This document shows, in pieces, positions 55,858 through 64,000 of a DNA stretch of 64,000 nt. Where the stretch lies: assembly GCA_965112735.1 (NCBI GenBank), contig OZ218954.1, forward strand, positions 930,001-994,000. The letters are read 5' to 3'. The position numbers were made by a program, and so were the translations under genes. The notes below the pieces were generated by a model. That model was not told the DNA's origin, ran no database searches, and was given only the letters and a program-made list of their open reading frames with translations. Position 1 is the first letter of the stretch; each line of letters begins with the position of its first letter. This DNA is from Phaeosaccion multiseriatum (lineage: Eukaryota; Protista; Ochrophyta, other classes).

Positions 55858-58194
55858 TTGTTGTTGTTGCTGTTGCTGTTGCTGCTGCTGCTGCTGCTGG
55901 GGCGGAGGGGAGGGCGAAAAGTTGACGAGCGCCGGCGCGACCGACGGACCTGCTGCCATACCGAAGTTGAAACCGTCTGCCTGCTGCTGCGGCTGTACCA
56001 CCAACTGCTGCTGGTAGTGGGCGAGGGGCGTGAGGCAAATGGTGAAGTACTTGGGTTGGCGGAGGTTGTCGCGAACAAGGATGATGGATAGAGGACCGGC
56101 CTGGAGAGAGGGAGAGGGAGAGAGAGAGAGAGACAGAGTGGGAGGGGGGGCAGGACGTTAGGAACGATCAGCAGAGAGAGAAAAAACACCATTGAAAATG
56201 TCAAGACCGGCCTGAAGAGAGGGAGAGAGGGAGAGAGGGAGGGGGGGGGGAGGCAGGAGGGATCACCATCTTCTACGCCCCGCACTGGCTCTCTCACTCA
56301 CCGGCAGGCCGAACTTGTTCCTTCCCTCGACTTGGAGAGTCTGGCTCTGGTCCTGCTCGCCTCCTTCGCCACTGCCAGGTGCAGGCATTGGGCCCAAAAT
56401 CTTGCTAATGGCGGCGAAGGTGTGTTGCAAATGTAGCTCAGAGACAAGGTTGAAGATGGTGTACCCCGCCATCTCCTCCACACTGTTGTGCGCCGTGGCC
56501 GCCACCATTCGCTTGTTGCAGTCCACCAGGGCGCCGTTGGGGAGGGCAATGGCCATTGCCACTGTAGCCTCTTGGAACACCCTGCGGGAGGCAGGGGTGG
56601 CCAAGGGGCCGACGTTGGCATCCGCAGCAGTAACCATGGCCGTTGGTGATACACCTGCTGGTGCTGCTGGTACCTCGGGTAACGGCTGCTGCTGTCCGTG
56701 TTGTTGTTGAAGGAGAGCTTGTTGCTGCTGCATGACCAACTGCTGCTGCTGCTGCTGCAGTTGGTGCATGTGCTGTAGATGAGGTGGAAGGGGAGAGCCG
56801 CCGGCCCCCACAACCCCCAAGGGCGGGGGCGTGGCACCACCACATGCAGCCGCCGCCGCCGCCGCCACCGCCGCTGACGCGCCCCCCTCAACGCCGCTGG
56901 CCATGATGTTTCGCATAAAGTGCTGCTGCTGCAGCTGGAGCCTCTGCTGATGCTGTTGCTGGAGCAGTTGACGGTGCTGACTGGGGTCCCCCCCCGAGGC
57001 GAGCGAGGAGAGGGTCGGGTCGTTGTGATGGTGTGCGTGGGCGGGGTGCGCACCAGTGAGGTGTTGTGGTTGTGGTTGTGGTTGTGGTTGTTGTTGCTGC
57101 TGCTGCTGTTGGTGTGTGGGAGGCAGTAGGGGTTGTTGCTGGGATGGCTGCGGCACGGGCACCGGTACCGGGCCGCCGCCCACGCCTGCTGCCGCCCGTG
57201 CTGCCCAAGAGACGGGGCTCAAGTCGCGAATGATGGCACCTTGCGACGGCACTGCTGCTGTCGTTGGAGCTTGGGCTGCCGCCGCCGACGCTGCGGCTGC
57301 CACTGCTTGTGCCTGGGCCGCCGACGGGGCCGACTGGAGGGCGGGGAAGACTGCGCCCCCCGGGTACTCCAAGGAGGCCGGGGGAGGTATCTGGTCCCCA
57401 CTACTCCGCCGCGCAAGCATGGCCGCGGCGACTGCTGCGGCGGCTGCGGCAGCTCCGCCATCTGCTGCAGGAGCACCAACGACTGCAGCAGGGGCAAGCG
57501 CCACGAGACCCTCGCCGCTGAGCAGCTTCTCGTTTTGGCTCTTGAGGGCTCGGATGAGGTTCCCCGCCTCCTCCAGCACACTCCGCTTGCTCATGTTGGC
57601 TTGGTGCCCGCAGCTCGTCAACAGAGTACGCAAGTCCTCGATCAAGCCGCTAATCTGGGTTGAGCGCCGCTGCTCGCGAGCATTCCTCTCCAACCTATAT
57701 ATATATATATTTACATTTCAGTACAAGATAGATATTATCAGAAAGAACAATTGGGTGGGGTGTGTGAGTGCGTTTCGCACAACAGCGAGGCAAACAAACA
57801 ACACCGAGACCGGGTCAGACTCGTTTCACAATACATGTCTCCTCCCTCCCTCTTCTTACCGTCTATTCACTGGCGCCTGACTGGCCTTGCTGTCCTCCTG
57901 TCCTCCGGTCTGGGACGACGCCTTGCTGCCGGAGGTGTCTGCACCGCTCGTGTCGCCCCCAGGCGTGTCGCTGTTGGAGCTGACATCTCCTCCTCCAAGT
58001 CGCCGCTTGTGTGCCGCGGTCGGCTTCATCTCGCCGCTGGTGGTGCCGTCGTCTCCCGAGGTTATGGAGCCCGACGCCCCCCCCCCCCCAGCCCCCACGC
58101 GCTTGACTCCCCTTGAGGGCAGTTGCGGCTGCGGCGCCGCGTAGTGCGGGTACTGCGGTGCCTGGGGGACCGGGGGGGAGATTTGCGCTTGTTG

Positions 58195-58226
<32 letters not shown>

Positions 58227-58371
58227 GGTGGTGGTTGAGCTGGAACTGCTGCAGGGGTAGGGGTACCTGCTGGGGGTGCTGTGTCTGCTGCATGAGGTGG
58301 GAGTGCTGGGCCGGTTGCCGGGGGGGGTGCACCTGGGCATCCTGATTGTCCGGCGGGCCTTGTTGTCCCCC

Positions 58372-58416
<45 letters not shown>

Positions 58417-59520
58417 CTGCTGCTGCTGCTGCTGGTGCTGTTCCTGGCGCTCCTGCGGCGTTTGCTGGTCCGGTTGGCCCTCTTGCGATGCACCATCCTC
58501 CGTGGTGCTGCCTCCGTCCACACTACTGCCCTTCTTGCTGCTCTCGTCGCCCGTCGTGGTGCCGCTGCAGCTACTCAGCATTCTGCGGGAGGAGGGCGAC
58601 CGCGAGCCACTCCTGCTCCTGCTGCTGCTCGTCCTGCTGTCGCCGCCGCTGTGCTGCTCCCCACCAGCACCACCACCTCGCTTCCGCCTCTCGGTGCTCC
58701 CCCCCCCACCACCTTGCTCTTTCCCTTCTTTCTTCTTCTCCTTTTTCTTCTCCTCCCTGCGCCTCTTTTTCTTTTTGTGCTGTAGCGTCCTCTCCTCTCT
58801 AGTCAAGTCCTTGTCGCGGGCCTCGTAGTCGCTGTTGTTGCCGTCGCTGCCGCTGCTGCTGGTGCCGCACTGGCTGCCGCTCTGGCTGCCGCTCTGGCTG
58901 CCGCTCTGGCTGCCGCTCCCACTCCCACTGCCGCTGCCGCTGCCGCAACCGTCCTGGCTTCCACCACTACTGCTACTGCTACCGCCGCTGCTACCAATGT
59001 CCCGGCGATTGCCACCACTGCTGCCGCTGCTGCCGCTGCTGCTGCTTCTGCTGCTGCTGCTCCGGCTGCTGCTGCCGCTGCCCCCCCCTCCGTGGTGCCT
59101 GCTCCCCCTCCGCTTCTTGAGGGGTGGCGACCGCGAGGACTCCCTCGTGGGTTGCCTGCTGCTACTACTGCTGCTGGAGCCTCCTCCTCCCTCCGGCGAG
59201 GTCCTTCCCTCCTCGAGCATGGCCTCTAGCCCCGCCTCAATGAGCGCGTTCGCGGAGGAAGAGCCTAGCGAGGAGGACGGGGACAGCTCCCCAGCCGAAA
59301 AGGCACGCGGATTGCACCACCCACTGCTCCCACCAGAGTCGCTGCCCTCATTGTTGTCGCCAAGTGCCCCGAACGTCTGCTCTTGCACACCGTCAGCTTG
59401 TTGCTTTTCTTGTTTCGCCATTGCGAGCGGCGCGGCCTCCGACTGCTGCGGCGAGTTTTTTTGCCCTCCCTCCTCCTCCCCCAAGTCCGCGCTGCTGCCC
59501 CCCGCCGACTCCTCAATCAT
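55678..59520 (-). CDS. bHLH-PAS transcription factor with single PAS domain and Ser/Gln-rich regions
   Basis: Exons 59520-57860, 57694-56302, 56100-55678. bHLH: RRLERNAREQRRSTQISGLIEDLRTLL..MSKRSVLEEAGNLIRAL. PAS-like: VFQEATVAMAIALPNGALVDCNKRM..TIFNLVSELHLQHTF..IILVRDNLRQPKYFTICL. Confidence 0.82.
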
Positions 59521-59751
59521 GGTACTCCACCACCTTTGCTATAGTCTTATTGTCCGTCGTACTCTCCCCCTTGTGTCATCTGCTATTGCGGTCTCTTGCA
59601 AGGTGGCCAGAAAACAAAAGCAAATATGCATTCTCAGTGGCACACCCAATTTCTTAGAATGAAAATGCACTCCCAAAGGCCACGCCGTCCTTTTTCAACT
59701 TCAACTGAAACGGCAAAAGGCAAAACGTGGTCAACACTTCATCACCCTTTT

Positions 59752-59789
<38 letters not shown>

Positions 59790-59993
59790 GCCGCAACTAG
59801 AGATCGATAGTGAGGGAGCAAGGTGACGACGAGTGACCGGGGCTTGGTTTCACTGGTTGGCTGACTGACTGACTGACTGACGCTATGTCCAGCCTTCATT
59901 GAGCCGCCGGACCGGCTGCTGCGCTGGATAGACTCCGGCACTGGCACAAGTTTGAGACCACGTCTCTGGTAGTTTTTATTAAATCAAATGACT

Positions 59994-60987
59994 CTACGAT
60001 TTCCCTCCACTATCGTCGCCGACGTTGAGCACGGCCATGAAGGCCTCTTGCGGCACATTCACCTTGCCCAGGGCTCGCATGCGCTTCTTTCCCTTGGCCT
60101 GCTTCTGCAGCAGCTTCTTCTTGCGACTAATGTCTCCTCCATAGCACTTGGCTAGCACATCCTTGCGCATGGGGGCAATGGCGCTGGAGGCCACAGGCTT
60201 GACCCCAATCACCGCCTGAATGGGTATCCGGAACATGGCCCTGGGGATCAACTTCTTGAGTTTCTCCGTCAGCGCCTTGCCTCGCGTGTGGGCCTGGTCG
60301 CGATGGCAGATGCTCGCCAACGGGGGTGCGTCTTCCCCGTTGATGCGAATGTCCAGACGGACCAGATTATCCTCTCGATACTCGATCAGCGTGTACTCCA
60401 TCGAGGCGTACCCCTTGGTGCGTGACTTGACTTGGTCGAAGAAGTCCGTAATGACCTCCGCGAGGGGCATTTCGTACACCAGAGTACCCCTTGTGGCGGT
60501 TACAAATCGCATATCGAGGAGGATACCGCGGCGGTTCTGGCAAAGGTCCATGAGAGGACCCGTGTACTCCTGTTTTTGGTTTCAAGTTTCGTTGGTCGGG
60601 GGGTGTGGTTGAGGGTGAGGGTGTGAGGGGGGAGGACATCGATCCCGAGACAAGACGTAGGTTGGGAGGGAGGGAGCGTAGGTACGTCAAGGCGGGCAGG
60701 TAGGTAGGTAGATGGGCACGCAGATGGGTACGCGAGGCCAGCCACGACTCACCTGCGGCGTCATGATCTCGAGTTTGCAGTAGGGCTCGCTTACAGACTG
60801 CCGCTTGTCAGCATTGGGCATCTGCGGGCAAGTCAATGACAGGCGGCGGCGGCCGCGGAGGAGGAGGAGGAGGAGGAGGAGGAGGAGAGTGGGTGGATGG
60901 ATGGGAGGTGGTTGGGGAGGAGGACGAGAGAAAAGGGGGGGTCAGTGAGGGAAAGGCAAGGGAGGATAGACGGCGACGGGCAAGAAG

Positions 60988-61033
<46 letters not shown>

Positions 61034-62194
61034 AAACCACCACCACCACCACCACAACATCATCAGCGACGACGACGACGACGACGACAGAAACAGAAGG
61101 CCATCACACGTCCCACCATGCCCCCGACATCTCTATCCCCTCCCTCCCTCTCTCTCTCTCGCTCCCTCTCTCTCTCTCTCTCTCTCTGTCCCCCTCTCTC
61201 TCTCTCTCTCTCCCTCTCTCTTCCTCTCATTCCTCCCTCTCTCCATCCCCCCACCTACCCACCTTCCAAGGACTGTCGACGATCTGCTCCTCCCCCTTGT
61301 TGTCAATGATCTTGTACACCACACTGGGGGCCGTGACCACAAGGTCCAAGTTGTACTCCCTCTCGAGGCGCTCCTGCACCACGTCCATGTGCAGCAGCCC
61401 CAAGAAGCCGCAGCGGAAACCGAAGCCTGTTTGTATAGGGCGGGAGGGAGGGAGGGAGGGAGGGAGGGAGGGAGACGAGGGGAAGGGAGTCAGAAAGTGC
61501 TCTTGGTTCCTGATGGCGGTGGGAGGGCTTGGAGCCCTTCCCTTGGGTCAGTCACGTGACACCGTGACAGGGACAGCCCCGAAAGCACCGATTCTCAGGG
61601 GAAGACAAAGGGCGGGCCGAGCCAGCAGCCATCCCTTGCCATCTAATTCAGGTCAAACCACCATCCCTTGCCATGTAATTCAGGCCGCACTACCCTCTCT
61701 ACCTTCACACGCATAGGTTGCCTTCTTTTCGCACGCACTGCTTGCTATCTCACTCCTTCCCTCCCTCCTTTACTTACTCACTCCCTCACTCCCTCACTCA
61801 CTCACTCACCACTCCCTCCCTCACTCACTCACTCCCTCCCTCACTCACTAACTCACCCACTCCCTCACTCACTCACTCACTCACCCATGGCGCTGGAGGC
61901 CTCGGGCTCGAAGCTCAGGGCGGAGTCACTGAGCTTGAGCTTGCCCATCGCGTCTCGGAGTCCCTCGTAGTCGTCTGAGAGAAGGCAGTATATGGCCATG
62001 AGAGGAGGAGCAGGGAGTGAGGAGGTGAGGAGGGGGGGGGGAGGTGAGGCATACACACATGATGCCATATGAAGTTTTGTCTCTACATACACACATACAT
62101 ACACACCCTCTCTCCCTCATTCTCTCTCTCTCTGCCTGCCTGCCTGTCTGTCTGTCTCTCTCTCTCTGCCTGTCTGTCTGTCTGTCTCTCTTTC

Positions 62195-62225
<31 letters not shown>

Positions 62226-63904
62226 TACCCGCGTCGCTGGGGTAGAGACCGCAGAACACCATTGGCTTGGCCTCTTGGTAGCCATCCAGTGGTTCCGGCC
62301 ACTTCTGTCCCTTTTCCTGCCTGAAGAAGCAACAGGGTAAGGGTGAGGGTCGGGGTGAGAGTTAGGATTAGGATCGGGGTGGGAGTGAGGGTGAGAGAGT
62401 GCAAGTGAGGGCCAGGGGTACCCGGTGAGGGTGAGGGTGAGGGGCAAAGTCAGGGTCCCATGGCAGGGGTGAGCGCTAGGATCAGGGCGACGGGATATAC
62501 TGACTAAAGGATATCAACACCAGAATCGTGTAGTTGTGTGTGTGTGTGTGTGTGTGTTCAGTTAGGACCAGCGTCAACCGGGGCACGGTGAGGGTTGCGA
62601 GAAGGGTGAGGACCACCAGAGTCAGGCTTATGATACCTGGCCAGGGTGATGGTGTCACCTACGCGTGCGTCTCCAACGTCCTTAATGCTGGCGCAGAGGT
62701 AGCCCACCTCGCCTGTGTTGAGCTCGTTCACCTCCACCACCGCGGGGTTTCTGTAACCGACTTCGGTCACATCGTATTCCTTCTTGCTCTGCATGAAGTG
62801 CACCTTATCGCCCTTTTTGACGGACCCGTCGATGATGCGAAAGTACACAATGACACCCTTGTACTCGTCGTAGAAGCTGCAGAGAGAGGGAGGGAGGGAG
62901 GGAGGGGGGCAAACAAGTGAGAGAAGCAACGCAGACAGGCATGCATCCGAGTGGGGCGGCAAAGGAAGCGTGGTGAGACGCGCACCAGCCGCATCCTTCC
63001 CTCCCTCCCCCCCTCCAGCCATCCGCTGTGTTGGAAAGAAAGCAGAGGCAGAAGCCGCAAGTAGTAGTAGTAGTAGTAGTAGAAGGAGGAGTAAAGAAGA
63101 GTAGAGAAGAGGAGGACGTAGTAGTAGTAGTAGTAGCAGTAGTAGTAGTAGTAGAGGCAGTAACAAGCAGGAAGCCAATAAACAGTACTCGAGAACCAAC
63201 CCCAACACATACACACACACACACACACACACACCTGTCGTAAATCAAAGCGCGCAGGGGCCCGCCTGTGGCTGCCGCCGGCGGGGGCACGTCCTTCACC
63301 ACCGCCTCCAAAATCTCCTTAATCCCCACCCCCGTCTTGGCAGAGCAGTAGATGGCGTTCGAGCAGTCCAGCCCGATGGTGGCCTCCACCTCTTCGGCCA
63401 CACGGTCGGGGTCGGCGGCGGGCAAGTCAATCTTGTTGATAACTGGGATGAGCTCCAAGTCATTCTCCAGGGCCAGGTAGACGTTGGCCAAGGTCTGTGC
63501 CTCCACCCCCTGGGAGGCGTCCACCACCAACAGGGCGCCCTCACACGCCGCCAGAGAGCGGGACACCTCGTACGAGAAGTCCACATGCCCCGGTGTGTCG
63601 ATGAGGTTGAGTTGGTACACCAGCCCGTCCTCGGCAAGGTATTCCACCCGGGCCGCGTTGAGTTTGATGGTTATACCGCGCTCCCTCTCCAGGTCCATGC
63701 TGTCCATGATCTGCGCCTTCATGTCCCGCTTCGCGACAGTGGAGGTGTCCTCGAGCAGTCGGTCGGCCAGCGTGGACTTGCCGTGGTCGATGTGTGCGAT
63801 GATGCTGAAATTGCGAATGCGCTCCACAGGCCACACCTCTGCCGCGTCCTTGGCCCCCGGCTTGGCCCTGACCCTGGAGCTTCTCCGTGTTGTTATTGAC
63901 CCCA
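59994..63904 (-). CDS. lepA: Translation factor LepA/EF4 (GUF1 family), probably plastid-targeted; 5' end lies beyond the window
   Basis: [88 protein letters not shown]. Multiple GT-AG introns. Confidence 0.96.
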
Positions 63905-64000
63905 CTGCCCCGCCTCCCCCAACCCACGCTCGCCCCCGTCCAGCCCCTCCCAGCCCCCCTGCACGCGTAGCTGCCGCTCCCCTCCCCGAGGTGATGGTAA

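Noticed and set aside
59994-63904. Bacterial contamination or recent HGT of lepA
   Set aside because: The gene has multiple spliceosomal introns with host-type microsatellites and an N-terminal extension, as expected for a nuclear-encoded organellar factor.

Overview
Gene-dense, intron-rich eukaryotic nuclear DNA, GC-rich and full of microsatellites. The host is probably a photosynthetic stramenopile (inferred from a plastid-type LepA, a single-PAS bHLH-PAS factor and a FYVE-ankyrin-RING protein). I reconstructed 13 spliced genes by eye: a partial hypothetical protein, a PAPST2/SLC35B-like transporter, a very large TSET TTRAY2/TWD40-2-like protein with a fused LamG-like domain, FYVE-Ank-RING, an LRR protein, a BRCT-containing family X DNA polymerase, a TPR protein, a spinster-like MFS transporter, RPN11, TMEM97/EXPERA, PDH E1 beta, bHLH-PAS and LepA. 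Ten of them sit in five head-to-head pairs. The strongest unexplained signal is a 15-bp DNA word, GCTGTATCACCAACT (reverse complement AGTTGGTGATACAGC). By-eye count gives 26 exact copies of its 10-bp core plus about 20 near-variants. It occurs on both strands, inside exons in three reading frames (AVGDT, QLVIQ, VSPT) and as tandem arrays in introns, usually embedded in CAG/CTG tracts. Other signals are introns with complementary purine (5') and pyrimidine (3') repeats, a Pol mu/TdT-like Pol X, and an intron whose 3' end duplicates the end of the preceding exon. Most ORFs in the supplied track are antisense or microsatellite artefacts. All exon boundaries are manual predictions without transcript data.
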